A DNA stretch of 59,386 nucleotides from an uncultured Candidatus Saccharibacteria bacterium (GTDB lineage Bacteria > Patescibacteriota > Minisyncoccia > Phycocordibacterales > UBA5272). Below are positions 9,183-18,764 of the stretch, one piece after another. Position numbers and translations under genes: made by a program. Within the stretch, counting starts at the first letter, position 1. Each line of letters opens with the position of its first letter. Where the stretch lies: the NCBI GenBank assembly GCA_964491805.1, contig CAZBGU010000002.1, forward strand, positions 9,877 to 69,262, written 5' to 3'. Below the pieces are notes generated by a model. That model made no database searches and was not told where the DNA came from. It was given only the letters and a program-made list of their open reading frames with translations.

Positions 9183-10601
9183 ATGCAATTAACAACGACG
9201 ACGATTAATATTTTTGCGCCAACTACCATCGTTATCTTTGGAGTTACAGGTGACCTTGCAAAAAGAAAACTAATCCCCGCACTCTGGAATCTTTATAAAA
9301 ATAATCATCTCCCAAAGAACTTTGCCATCGTTGGTTTCGCGCGAAGCGAATGGTCTGATACTGACATTCAGAATTACTTCAAGACAGTACTAAGAGATGC
9401 TGGTTTTGCAATAGATGAAGCGATCGACCAAGAAAAATTTTTCACACAGTTGAGCCACGTTAATGGTGACTTCACTACTATCGATGCATATAAGAGTCTT
9501 CTTGCGAAGATTGAAGATATCGACAACAAGATCGGCATGTGTGGTGATAAGATTTTTCACCTTGCAGTTCCACCGTCACTGTATGAATGTATTTTCGAGA
9601 ACCTTCATACTTCCGGACTTAGTGACCTTTGTAGCGGGGTCGGGGGGTGGACGCGTATTCTCGTAGAGAAGCCATTTGGTGATAACTGGGATTCTGCGCA
9701 GAAGCTAGACCAGAAGCTCGGATCGCTTTTTAAGGAAGAACAAATTTTCCGTGTTGATCACTACATGAGTAAAGAGGTGATGCAGAATATTCTTGCGTTT
9801 CGTTTCGCTAACTCACTTTTTGAACATATGTGGGATACGCGATTTATTGAGGCGGTTAACATTAAACTATGGGAAAAAAACGGAATAGAAGGGCGCGGTG
9901 CGTTTTATGATAAGAATGGCGCACTTCGTGATGTTGGTCAGAATCATGTACTTCAGATGCTTAGTTTTGTGGCAATGGAAGATCCTGGAATTATGGACCC
10001 GAAGAAGATTCGTCAGGCAAGAGCTAAGGTGCTTGAGGCACTTCGTATTATCTCTCCAGATGATATGATCCGCCGTGTAAAGCGTGCTCAATATAATGGA
10101 TATCTAGAAGAGAAAAATGTTGCCATTAACTCGAAGACAGAAACTTTTTTCAAAATAGAGGCATTTGTTGACAACGAACGATGGAAGGATGTTCCGTTTA
10201 CACTTGAGAGTGGCAAAGGGATGCTTGAGAACAAAACGGAGATTGAAATCGTTTTTAAAGGTAAGACATTCTGCCTTCTTCTTCCAGATCAAGAAGTGCT
10301 TTGCCCGCAGAACAAATTAATTTTTAATATTCAACCCCATGAAGGTATCTCCGTCACGTTCTGGTCCAAGAAGCCGGGGTTCGGTACAGTGCTTGAGCCA
10401 AAAACTATGTCTTTTGAATATGGTGAAGCGAAAGGTCAGATACCCGATGCTTATGAGCGTGTCATCTATGACTGTATTGTTGGTGATCAGACATTGTTTA
10501 CGAGCACAGAAGAGGTTCTGTCATCATGGAAATTTATTACACCTATTCTTGAAAACTTCGACAAAGTTCCACTCGATAAGTACACTACCAATCAAGGATA
10601 G
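9183..10601 (+). CDS. zwf: glucose-6-phosphate 1-dehydrogenase
   Basis: 472 aa. Contains IFGVTGDLAKRKLIPAL (NADP site), EKPFG and RVDHYMSKE (the RIDHYLGKE active-site motif). Confidence 0.93.
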   Translation: MQLTTTTINIFAPTTIVIFGVTGDLAKRKLIPALWNLYKNNHLPKNFAIVGFARSEWSDTDIQNYFKTVLRDAGFAIDEAIDQEKFFTQLSHVNGDFTTIDAYKSLLAKIEDIDNKIGMCGDKIFHLAVPPSLYECIFENLHTSGLSDLCSGVGGWTRILVEKPFGDNWDSAQKLDQKLGSLFKEEQIFRVDHYMSKEVMQNILAFRFANSLFEHMWDTRFIEAVNIKLWEKNGIEGRGAFYDKNGALRDVGQNHVLQMLSFVAMEDPGIMDPKKIRQARAKVLEALRIISPDDMIRRVKRAQYNGYLEEKNVAINSKTETFFKIEAFVDNERWKDVPFTLESGKGMLENKTEIEIVFKGKTFCLLLPDQEVLCPQNKLIFNIQPHEGISVTFWSKKPGFGTVLEPKTMSFEYGEAKGQIPDAYERVIYDCIVGDQTLFTSTEEVLSSWKFITPILENFDKVPLDKYTTNQG

Positions 10602-10626
10602 TCATTAAAAAACACAAAACACACTT

Positions 10627-11526
10627 ATGAAAAAAGAAATTGCATACATCGGGCTTGGTAAAATGGGATTCAATATGGTAGAGAGACTCCTTGAGAAAGG
10701 GTATGATGTTGCTGTGTTTGACAAGAATACTGATGCCGTTGATCAACTTGTTAAGAAAGGTGCTCGCCATGCAGAAAATATAGCTGATCTTATTTTTAAA
10801 GTGTCAGGTCCTCGTCTCGTATGGATTATGGTTCCTCATGTTGCAGTTGACCCAGTACTCGCAGAAGTTTCCCCGCTTCTTGTCTCTGGTGATGTTGTTA
10901 TTGATGGAGGCAATTCACCATACCTTGAGTCTGTTCGTCGAGGGAAGGAGCTTGCAGAGAGAGGTGTTAATTTCTTAGATGCAGGTATTTCAGGAGGGCC
11001 ATCAGGTGCACGCCATGGCGCATGCACTATGGTTGGTGGTGACGAGTCAGTGTACGAGGAATACAGAGTTCTCTTCGAGGATATCTCGGCACCAGGTGCA
11101 TATGGATATATGGGGTCATCTGGTGCAGGACACTTCGTTAAGATGGTACACAATGGTATTGAGTACGGAATGATGCAAGCAATTGCAGAAGGGTTCGCTG
11201 TTCTTAAGAAGTCAGAGTTTAATATTGGTCTTACAGAAGCATCTCGTGTGTATAATAATCAGAGCGTGATCCAGTCGCGACTCATCGAATGGCTCATGAA
11301 TGCATACAAGGAACAAGGTGAGTCTCTTGAAGGTGTTTCCGGCGAGGTTGATAGTACAGGAGAGGGTGCTTGGACTGTTGATGCAGCAAAGAGACTAGGG
11401 GTACCTGTTCCTGTAATCGAAGGTGCACTTCATTTTCGTGAACAATCAAAAGGTAACCCAAGTTATGAAGGTCAGATTCTTTCTGCGCTTCGCAACCAGT
11501 TCGGTGGTCACAGCTTTAAGTTGTAA
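10627..11526 (+). CDS. gnd: 6-phosphogluconate dehydrogenase, decarboxylating, short (about 300 aa) type
   Basis: IGLGKMGFNMVERLLEKGYDV Rossmann motif and the GAGHFVKMVHNGIEYG motif. Confidence 0.9.
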   Translation: MKKEIAYIGLGKMGFNMVERLLEKGYDVAVFDKNTDAVDQLVKKGARHAENIADLIFKVSGPRLVWIMVPHVAVDPVLAEVSPLLVSGDVVIDGGNSPYLESVRRGKELAERGVNFLDAGISGGPSGARHGACTMVGGDESVYEEYRVLFEDISAPGAYGYMGSSGAGHFVKMVHNGIEYGMMQAIAEGFAVLKKSEFNIGLTEASRVYNNQSVIQSRLIEWLMNAYKEQGESLEGVSGEVDSTGEGAWTVDAAKRLGVPVPVIEGALHFREQSKGNPSYEGQILSALRNQFGGHSFKL

Positions 11527-11552
11527 TTTTATTAATCGTTATTGTACAGTAT

Positions 11553-12497
11553 ATGGAACAACCAAATCTTCACATTCTAGAAACATTTACTCTCGAAAAC
11601 ATCCCTGATCTTGACACTGTGGTGCTTGGTGCTCTTGAGCGGTTCGAGCATGAGACACTTCCTACTATCCCGTTTGATGTTTATAAACGTCCGCTTGTCG
11701 TCGGGTCAGGTAATGCGGAAGCAACTGGAAGAATTATCTTTGAAAAGTCTGACGCTATCTTTGCGTCAGAGAGCAACTATGAAGAAAAGTTACAGAATAT
11801 TCCTTCAATCGATGGTGTAATTCTTGTGTCTGCATCAGGAGGTAAGCATGCACCTATTATTGCTAAACGTGCAAAGGAACTTGGTAAGCATGTTACGCTT
11901 ATAACCGATACAGACCATAATTTAACCGAAAAAGAACTTGATAAGCAGCACCATGATCAGGAGTTTCTTTTTCCTAAGAATCGTGAGCCATACACGTACA
12001 ATACATCAACATATCTTAGTATGATTCTTGGCTATACGCGCGAGGATCCTGTGCAGATTGCAAAGTTTATCAAAGAGCATGTTGATGTGATTGATTTTTC
12101 AAAGTTTGCATCATTTGATAAATATTACCTTATTGTTCCAACACAGTTCTCCGGTGTTATTAGAATGCTTCAGGTAAAATTTATCGAGCTATTTGGTCGT
12201 AATATCGCCCGTGATGTTGAGACGTCAGAATACGTAAAACATGCAACAACAGTTGTGCCTGCGAATGAACTCTTTCTTAGTTTTGGATATGAGAATACAT
12301 CGTGGGGAAATGAATTGTCTCGAGTGAATGTACCATTACCTGAATGGGCTGGCTATGGAACCATGGTAGCAGTTGCTTACTATGTAATTGGCAAAATACA
12401 AAAGCAGCACCCTCCATACTTCAAGCAGCATATTGCAAAGTACACAGAAGAAATTTCGAAAGTATTTGGTGAGGAAATTAAACCAATCGTTGGATAA
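11553..12497 (+). CDS. SIS-like sugar-phosphate isomerase domain protein (tentative)
   Basis: 314 aa. VVGSGNAEATG ... VILVSASGGKHAPIIAKRAKELGKHVTLIT resembles an SIS domain. Sits last in the pgl-zwf-gnd row. Confidence 0.4.
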   Translation: MEQPNLHILETFTLENIPDLDTVVLGALERFEHETLPTIPFDVYKRPLVVGSGNAEATGRIIFEKSDAIFASESNYEEKLQNIPSIDGVILVSASGGKHAPIIAKRAKELGKHVTLITDTDHNLTEKELDKQHHDQEFLFPKNREPYTYNTSTYLSMILGYTREDPVQIAKFIKEHVDVIDFSKFASFDKYYLIVPTQFSGVIRMLQVKFIELFGRNIARDVETSEYVKHATTVVPANELFLSFGYENTSWGNELSRVNVPLPEWAGYGTMVAVAYYVIGKIQKQHPPYFKQHIAKYTEEISKVFGEEIKPIVG

Positions 12498-12546
12498 GGT
12501 ACAGCCGTTAGCCATTAATTATTAGCCGGTAGCCTTTATCTAAAAT

Positions 12547-12603
12547 GCAATCTAAAGCATGAGCAAGACAACCGGTGGTTGTCTTGCTCATGCTTTAGAT
12601 TGC
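12547..12603. repeat. 57-nt perfect palindrome (27-bp arms, 3-nt loop)
   Basis: GCAATCTAAAGCATGAGCAAGACAACC-GGT-GGTTGTCTTGCTCATGCTTTAGATTGC, read directly from the sequence. Confidence 0.85.
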
Positions 12604-12859
12604 GATCTGTTGCTAAAATGATTGCTATCTTTTCTTCCTTCTTTCCATCGCACTTTTTCTACACTTACTACTACAAAACTTTACCGTCTCCCAGTCATCG
12701 CGCTCCTGGAAACTTTTTCTTGTGTTTAGGTCTACTTTGCACACAATGCACTTTTTATCTGCTTTTGATGTCATGGTTATAGTATTTTAGTTGTATTGTA
12801 TCACATGGGTAGTCTTTGCACGCTTGCTATGTGTATTGATACTGTTTTTATGTATACTG

Positions 12860-13936
12860 ATGGACATGATTTCCAAGGAACGTATTCAAAGTCTTCTTGA
12901 TCAGGCCGTTTTGTCTCATGTGTTTCCTGGTTATGCAGCAGCTGTTGTTACTTCACAAGAAAGTCTTTTTTTTACAGGAGGGAAGCATACATACGATGAT
13001 TCGTCTCTAAAAGTTACTGAAGATACACTCTATGATGTTGCGTCTCTTACAAAAATACTCGGACCGATGTCGGTCATGATGTTACTCGTAGGTTCTGATA
13101 AGGTACATCTTGATGACCCTATCGGTGTATATCTACCAGAATTTGTTACAGATACATACAAAAAAGAGGCGACAATTAGGCATCTTCTAACGTACACACT
13201 GGATTATGATTTACCAGGAGGGGCTAAGTCTCTCATGAAGGAGATTTCACCGGATGAGCTTGTGGCCCGTATGATACAACTACCACTCAAATGTGCTCCT
13301 GGGACGTCATACATGTACTCTAACATCACAGCTTTTATCCTGACTAAGGTTATAGAAAAGATTACTGGCGAGATATTGTATGATACAGTTAGTCGTGATA
13401 TTTTTTCTCCTCTCGAAATGTCGACAGCAACTTTCTTTCCAGATAAAAATATGTGGCAACAGATTCCACCTACAGAAATAACAGAAGACCGAGGTGTTGT
13501 GCAGGGGTTTGTCCACGATGAGTCTACGTACCATCTTCAGTCTGGTAATAAGAGTAGCGGAGCGGCAGGTCTTTTTGCTTCAGTTAAAGATGTTGCAAAG
13601 TTCCTTTCTATGGTTGTCGCTGGTGGATCTATACATGGTGAAAGATTTTTTTCGCCTACAATAGTTAATGCATGGACAGAGAACCAGTTTCCTGATCTAC
13701 TTCCAACACTCACCCCGCTTGGGTGGGGAGACTTTAACAATGAATTCATTGATCCTGAGCACGGTAAATGTGTTGTAAAAGGTGGCTTCACTGGGTGTTT
13801 TATGGCATGTAATCTCGAGAATGCTGTAGGGTTCGTCATACTTTCTAATACAACATACCCTGTAAGGCCAAAGGACAGAGCACAGTTCAATGTCATCAAG
13901 AAAGAAATTTTAAACCTTCTCACAAACGAAAAGTAG
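12860..13936 (+). CDS. serine hydrolase, beta-lactamase/PBP4-type family
   Basis: Contains the SxxK motif ASLTK and a YSN motif (YMYSNIT). The start is uncertain; the track gives TTG at 12791 and I prefer the ATG at 12860. Confidence 0.75.
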   Translation: MDMISKERIQSLLDQAVLSHVFPGYAAAVVTSQESLFFTGGKHTYDDSSLKVTEDTLYDVASLTKILGPMSVMMLLVGSDKVHLDDPIGVYLPEFVTDTYKKEATIRHLLTYTLDYDLPGGAKSLMKEISPDELVARMIQLPLKCAPGTSYMYSNITAFILTKVIEKITGEILYDTVSRDIFSPLEMSTATFFPDKNMWQQIPPTEITEDRGVVQGFVHDESTYHLQSGNKSSGAAGLFASVKDVAKFLSMVVAGGSIHGERFFSPTIVNAWTENQFPDLLPTLTPLGWGDFNNEFIDPEHGKCVVKGGFTGCFMACNLENAVGFVILSNTTYPVRPKDRAQFNVIKKEILNLLTNEK

Positions 13937-14118
13937 AAGTTGTTTTTATCTACATCACTTCGTTCTTTTGGAATGTTGTAGAATCTTGTAATTGGCACTT
14001 TAGGTATTGATGTAGTGTATACAAAGCTTCTCTGCAACATGTTTAGGAGTATACTTATTGTGTGTGTCGGGGTATAGAGCCTCGAATTACTAGTAAGAGC
14101 TAACTTTTATTTACGAGC

Positions 14119-15492
14119 ATGTTAGAACAGATACTTATACTCTCACGTGTACAGTTTGCTGGCACCGCCGCATTTCATATTCTCTTTCCAATGATGTCTA
14201 TTGGCCTGTCATTGTATCTTTTTATTATGGAATGTTTATGGCTCTACACAAAAAAAGAAACATACTACCGACAGTTGCGGTTTTGGATGAAAATATTTGT
14301 ATTATCATTTGCAGTTGGTGTGGCGACAGGTTTTCCTATGGCATTTCAGTTTGGTACTAATTGGTCAGGGTTTGCTACTACTGCAGGTTCGTTCTTTGGT
14401 AACCTTATCGGTTTTGAAACAACAATAGCATTTACTATGGAGACTGCCTTTCTCGGCATTTTTATTTTTGGATGGAACCGTGTTCCGAAGCTTGTTCATC
14501 TCGCTTCTAACTTTCTAGTCCTCTTTGCGGCGTCGCTCTCTGCTTTTTGGATTATTGCGGCTAATTCATGGATGCAATTGCCTATGGGGGTACATCTTCA
14601 AGAAGGTAAGGTGGTCGTGGATAACTATTATGCTGCAATTTTTAATCCCGATACAATAATCACGTACGTTCATATGTGGTTTGCTTGTGTAGAAGCTACG
14701 ATATTCTTGATCGGCGGTATTGCCGCATGGGGAATTCTTAAACATCATACACATGATGCATACCGAGACTTTTTTGCTAAGACGTTACAGTATTTAGTTG
14801 TGCTCGGATGTATTGTGACTGTGGTTCAGATTTATTTTGGTGACGTATCTGGCAGAGTTGTTGCGCAGTATCAACCAGAGAAACTTGCAGCATATGAACT
14901 ACATTGGAACACTAATATGCCAGGAGAAGGAGCACCACTTCATCTTCTTGCATGGCCAAACAGTGCCGGTAATGGGAATACATTTGAGATTTCGATTCCC
15001 AACATGCTTAGTATTCTTTCTACTCATTCTATGACAGGACCGGTTCCTGGACTGAATAGTTTCGCTGCTTACGATAGGCCAACAACGGCAGAGTCGGTAA
15101 CAGTATTTTATTCCTTCCGAGCAATGTTTGGTATAGGTATTCTACTGTTTCTACTTATGGTAACGAGCTTGCTTTATTTACGACGAGGCATGTTGCGCTC
15201 TGAGCGCATACTGAAGCACACAACGTTCCTCAATCTATGGGTATGGTCAATACCGTTTGGATTTCTTGCGGCAGAGGCAGGGTGGATGGTTCGTGAAATT
15301 GGTCGTCAGCCATGGATGATATATCGTATGCTACGTGTAAGTGAATCTATCTCTGTTGGTCTTAGTCCAGTTGTTGTCAGTGTTGTGATGTGTGCTATTG
15401 CTCTTCTTTATCTTACATTGTTAGCTGTCTTCGTGTATTTCGTTAGAAAGATTACTCTCAAAGGTCCAGATCTTACTAGTCCTATCCACTAA
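14119..15492 (+). CDS. cydA: cytochrome bd ubiquinol oxidase subunit I
   Basis: 457 aa. The N-terminus LSRVQFAGTAAFHILFPMMSIGL and the motif GWMVREIGRQPWMIY are both typical of CydA. Confidence 0.93.
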   Translation: MLEQILILSRVQFAGTAAFHILFPMMSIGLSLYLFIMECLWLYTKKETYYRQLRFWMKIFVLSFAVGVATGFPMAFQFGTNWSGFATTAGSFFGNLIGFETTIAFTMETAFLGIFIFGWNRVPKLVHLASNFLVLFAASLSAFWIIAANSWMQLPMGVHLQEGKVVVDNYYAAIFNPDTIITYVHMWFACVEATIFLIGGIAAWGILKHHTHDAYRDFFAKTLQYLVVLGCIVTVVQIYFGDVSGRVVAQYQPEKLAAYELHWNTNMPGEGAPLHLLAWPNSAGNGNTFEISIPNMLSILSTHSMTGPVPGLNSFAAYDRPTTAESVTVFYSFRAMFGIGILLFLLMVTSLLYLRRGMLRSERILKHTTFLNLWVWSIPFGFLAAEAGWMVREIGRQPWMIYRMLRVSESISVGLSPVVVSVVMCAIALLYLTLLAVFVYFVRKITLKGPDLTSPIH

Positions 15493-15502
15493 ATAAAACA
15501 CT

Positions 15503-16519
15503 ATGATTACAGATGCAATTCTTCCAATTATTTGGTTCGTGATTATTTGTATCGAACTTGCGCTCTACGCAATTCTTGATGGTGCAAATCTTGGCGTTGG
15601 CATGTTGTCACTTCTGCCGCAACCAGAAAAAAAGCGCTCGCTCATCATTCATACACTTGGTCCGATCTGGAACGCCAACGAGACATGGCTTCTTGTTGCA
15701 GCAGGAACACTGTTCGGCGCCTTTCCTCCAGTGTATAGTATCGTTTTAAATGCACTCTATATTCCTGGAATGATAATAGTTGTCGGCCTCATTCTTCGTG
15801 CGGTTTCATTTGAGTTTTATGATGTGGTCGATGCTAGTAAAACTCTATGGGGTAGGTCATTTGGTATAGGAAGTTTACTCACAGTGCTTGGACAAGGAAT
15901 GCTCTTTGGTGGACTACTTTCTGGCATACCACTTGTTGCTGGCCGTTTCGCCGGAGGTCCTTTTACATGGGCGACGCCGCTAACACTTTTGATTACAGTT
16001 GGTTTCTTCTTTGCGTATGCAGTAGTTGGGTATGCATATCTTATTAAGCGAACTGATTACGAGCTAGTGAATGAGACATTTCCACGTATTGCATTTGCTG
16101 CAGCGGTAACACTTGTTGCGTTACTTAGTGCTACATTTGTTCTTCCTAACACAAACTATGTGTTCTTCGAGCGATGGGGCACAGCACCTGCATCGTCTAT
16201 ACTTATAACGATAGCGCTACTAATAGCAGTATCAATCATTACATTAGCGTATACAACCATCAAAAGAAAAAATCCAACACATATCTATTACCTATCTCTT
16301 GCCATCTTCGCGCTTGGGTATTTTGGTATGTTGGTTGGAACATATCCATACATGTTACCTCCAAACATGACGATTTTTGAAGCTGCATCTCCTGCGAACA
16401 CGCTTCGTTTTATGCTGTATGGGATTGGTCCGTTGTTGCCTGTTGTGCTTGCTTACAATTGGTATTTGTCCCACGTGTTTCGTAAGGAGTCTAAGAAGGG
16501 GAAGGGGGAGGGGTATTAA
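15503..16519 (+). CDS. cydB: cytochrome bd ubiquinol oxidase subunit II
   Basis: 338-aa polytopic protein immediately after cydA. The N-terminal pattern ILDGANLGVGML and the motif GPIWNANETWLL are typical of CydB. Confidence 0.9.
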   Translation: MITDAILPIIWFVIICIELALYAILDGANLGVGMLSLLPQPEKKRSLIIHTLGPIWNANETWLLVAAGTLFGAFPPVYSIVLNALYIPGMIIVVGLILRAVSFEFYDVVDASKTLWGRSFGIGSLLTVLGQGMLFGGLLSGIPLVAGRFAGGPFTWATPLTLLITVGFFFAYAVVGYAYLIKRTDYELVNETFPRIAFAAAVTLVALLSATFVLPNTNYVFFERWGTAPASSILITIALLIAVSIITLAYTTIKRKNPTHIYYLSLAIFALGYFGMLVGTYPYMLPPNMTIFEAASPANTLRFMLYGIGPLLPVVLAYNWYLSHVFRKESKKGKGEGY

Positions 16520-16521
16520 CT

Positions 16522-16556
16522 ACAAAAATACACAGGGAGAACCTGTGTATTTTTGT
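16522..16556 (+). terminator. Rho-independent terminator after cydB
   Basis: ACAAAAATACACAGG-GAGAA-CCTGTGTATTTTTGT. Confidence 0.65.
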
Positions 16557-16617
16557 TGATGTGAGCCTTCTCGTGATAGAACCTAGGATGTTCGTTACGG
16601 TGTAAGGCTTATCGGTA

Positions 16618-16821
16618 CTATTTTAGCACATCATTTTGACCCTTCTCGAGAGTAGCACTTTTCTCATAACGATGAGGGTTTTGTTTCCTGTCTTCTTTGA
16701 TAAGCCATTCAAATACTTTAACAACCCGATCTAGCTCTTCCTTAGTCCAGTTGTCTGGATTTCGTTTATCTTCTTTGTTCATAAAAAATGACAAAAGTGA
16801 CACGAGATCAGAATTGTCCAT
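16618..16821 (-). CDS. small hypothetical protein
   Basis: 67-aa charged ORF. Its 5' end overlaps the recombinase remnant by 34 nt. Weak support. Confidence 0.3.
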   Translation of the reverse strand: MDNSDLVSLLSFFMNKEDKRNPDNWTKEELDRVVKVFEWLIKEDRKQNPHRYEKSATLEKGQNDVLK

Positions 16822-17111
16822 GCGGATTCCTTAATGAAGAGGACTTGATCAAACAGCTAAAAGACCTCATTGATGACCTCGATATTCAAGTTGTCCCCAT
16901 GAGAGAAAAGATAGCAAATGAAGTTAGACGATTTAAATTATTTCAACAAACTCTACTCGGGACAAAAGCTCAAGTCTCAGTTAAGGATATTGATATTCGT
17001 AACTATGCAAAATTCATCTTACTTGAAGGTGAAATGGAGGAAAAGAGAGAATTTTTTAAGTGTCTTAATTCTAAGATATTGCTATCAAATAAGAAGATTT
17101 CTTTAGCTTAG
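16788..17111 (+). pseudogene. C-terminal remnant of a large serine recombinase (zinc-ribbon end plus coiled-coil tail)
   Basis: The 107-aa ORF reads NCPCG...EEDLIKQLKDLIDDLDI...DIRNYAKFILLEGEMEEKREFFKCLNSKILLSNKKISL. It looks like the tail of phage-type serine integrases as I remember them. No resolvase catalytic domain lies upstream. Confidence 0.3.
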
Positions 17112-18235
17112 TGTTTATGTCCAGCATGGCCATGTTCTCCTTCTTTTACTTTCCCATGAAGCATATACGAAGCAATAAATGTCGTAATTGGAACACCCAA
17201 GATAAGACCAATACTACCTATTAAGATACGCACGATTTCAGTAGAAAATATTTCATTGTTAATAATAAAGAGGACTCCTGTTGTTGAATTTTGCATGAGA
17301 AGTAAAAGTGGTAGTGATGCTCCAACATAAGCAATAGCAAGAGTATTCACTAAAGCTCCAATATGTTCACGTCCAATACGAATACCTCTCTTATAAACTT
17401 GTACTCGTGTTAAATGCTTTCCTGCACGAAACAATTCTTCTATAGCAATAGCTTGACCAATAGCGATATCGTAGAGAACTCCAAGAAGACCAATCATAAT
17501 TCCGCCAAAGAGTAATCCAACCATGTTAATAGATCCACGAGTATTGAGGTTCAAGAATGTACTTTCTTCAGAACTATACCCACTTAAGTTCGCAGCATGA
17601 ACAACATAGTATGCACCAAGTCCTGTAATGATAACAGTGATAATCATTCCTAGTACAGCAGACGTTGTTGTTCTATTGATTCCGTGTGTGATATACGAAC
17701 CAACTATAATAATAAGTGAAGCAACTCCAATACTTACAAGTACCGCATTGTATCCTCCATAGATTCCTGGAATAAGGAGATAAAATATAAGGATAAAACT
17801 ACCGATAAGACTAGCTAGTCCTCGTACACCTTGAATACCACCGAAGATAAAGATAAGTGCTACGAAAGTTATAGTAAGCCACAGGATCACATTTAATCTG
17901 TATGGATCTGATACTGACCAGTAGTCGGAATTATCTAAGTGGTTAGTTTGATGACGTGCATAAAATATATCACCCACTGAGAGTTGTATATAATCATTTT
18001 GAAATATAGCTGTCTTACCAGCATCCACCCCATCAAGAATTTCTATCTTAAGTGTTTGCGTCTGAGATGGGGTATCAGTTCCAGGAACTGTACTTGTTCC
18101 TTGGGTGGTTACTTCAAGAACTCTAGCTTTCTCAAATACTTCTATATCAGGAACAAGTGTTGCCTGAGCAAAACTTAACTGTGGTAAAAATATTAAGCCA
18201 AACAATGATAAGATGATTACTTTCTTTAAGTTCAT
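17108..18235 (-). CDS. YibE/F-like polytopic membrane protein with His-rich C-terminus
   Basis: 375 aa with a signal peptide, an extracytoplasmic N-domain and about 7 TM helices. It ends in GEHGHAGHKH. Confidence 0.6.
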   Translation of the reverse strand: MNLKKVIILSLFGLIFLPQLSFAQATLVPDIEVFEKARVLEVTTQGTSTVPGTDTPSQTQTLKIEILDGVDAGKTAIFQNDYIQLSVGDIFYARHQTNHLDNSDYWSVSDPYRLNVILWLTITFVALIFIFGGIQGVRGLASLIGSFILIFYLLIPGIYGGYNAVLVSIGVASLIIIVGSYITHGINRTTTSAVLGMIITVIITGLGAYYVVHAANLSGYSSEESTFLNLNTRGSINMVGLLFGGIMIGLLGVLYDIAIGQAIAIEELFRAGKHLTRVQVYKRGIRIGREHIGALVNTLAIAYVGASLPLLLLMQNSTTGVLFIINNEIFSTEIVRILIGSIGLILGVPITTFIASYMLHGKVKEGEHGHAGHKH

Positions 18236-18250
18236 GTTAAAAGTATATAC

Positions 18251-18679
18251 CTATTTACTGCATGCCTTACATACGCCAAAGAACTCAAGAGAATGAGAAT
18301 TGATGGTAGTAAAATTCTTTGAATACTTAAGGACTTCTTTCTGTAGGTTAGTTTGATTACAGTTCCCAATATCTTCTATCTTTCCACACTTCTCACAGAC
18401 AATATGATGATGGTGATGATCTTCGTGAAGTAACTCATAATAAGTAGCAGTGTCTTGTAGATTAATCTTTCCTACAATCTTTGATTTTGCAAAGTCTTCG
18501 AGTGCTCGATACAAGGTTACCTTGTCCATCTTGTGGTTCATTTCCTTCTGCATATCTCTTGCGGTGAGGGGTTTCTTTGAACGACTTAAGAATGTAAGTA
18601 AGGCAATTCTTGCGGGTGTAATCCTATATCCATGTTCATGTAGTAGTTCCTCGAATAATATAACATCTTTAGATTTCAT
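18251..18679 (-). CDS. Fur family metalloregulator (Fur/Zur/PerR type)
   Basis: 142 aa. Has a winged-helix N-terminus, then HEDHHHHHIVCEKCGKIEDI and a C-terminal CKAC. Confidence 0.85.
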   Translation of the reverse strand: MKSKDVILFEELLHEHGYRITPARIALLTFLSRSKKPLTARDMQKEMNHKMDKVTLYRALEDFAKSKIVGKINLQDTATYYELLHEDHHHHHIVCEKCGKIEDIGNCNQTNLQKEVLKYSKNFTTINSHSLEFFGVCKACSK

Positions 18680-18683
18680 AGTT

Positions 18684-18762
18684 GCATTAGTGTACCACTA
18701 ACGCAACTCTATTGCAATAGATTACAATGTGCGTTAGTATATAAATGCAACTATATTGCGTT
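18684..18762. promoter_or_regulatory. divergent control region with repeated TTGC(A/G)(A/T)TA-type half sites
   Basis: TTGCATTAG, ACTAACGCA, ATTGCAAT, TGCGTTAGT, ATGCAACTA and TTGCGTTAT all fall within about 80 nt. ACTAACGCA (18697-18705) and TGCGTTAGT (18730-18738) are exact inverted repeats. Confidence 0.4.
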
Positions 18763-18764
18763 AT

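Noticed and set aside
12579-12782. 67-aa ORF after the 57-nt palindrome
   Set aside because: Its composition is low-complexity and Phe/Ser/Leu-rich. It starts inside the palindrome and has no RBS. It is probably non-coding spacer.
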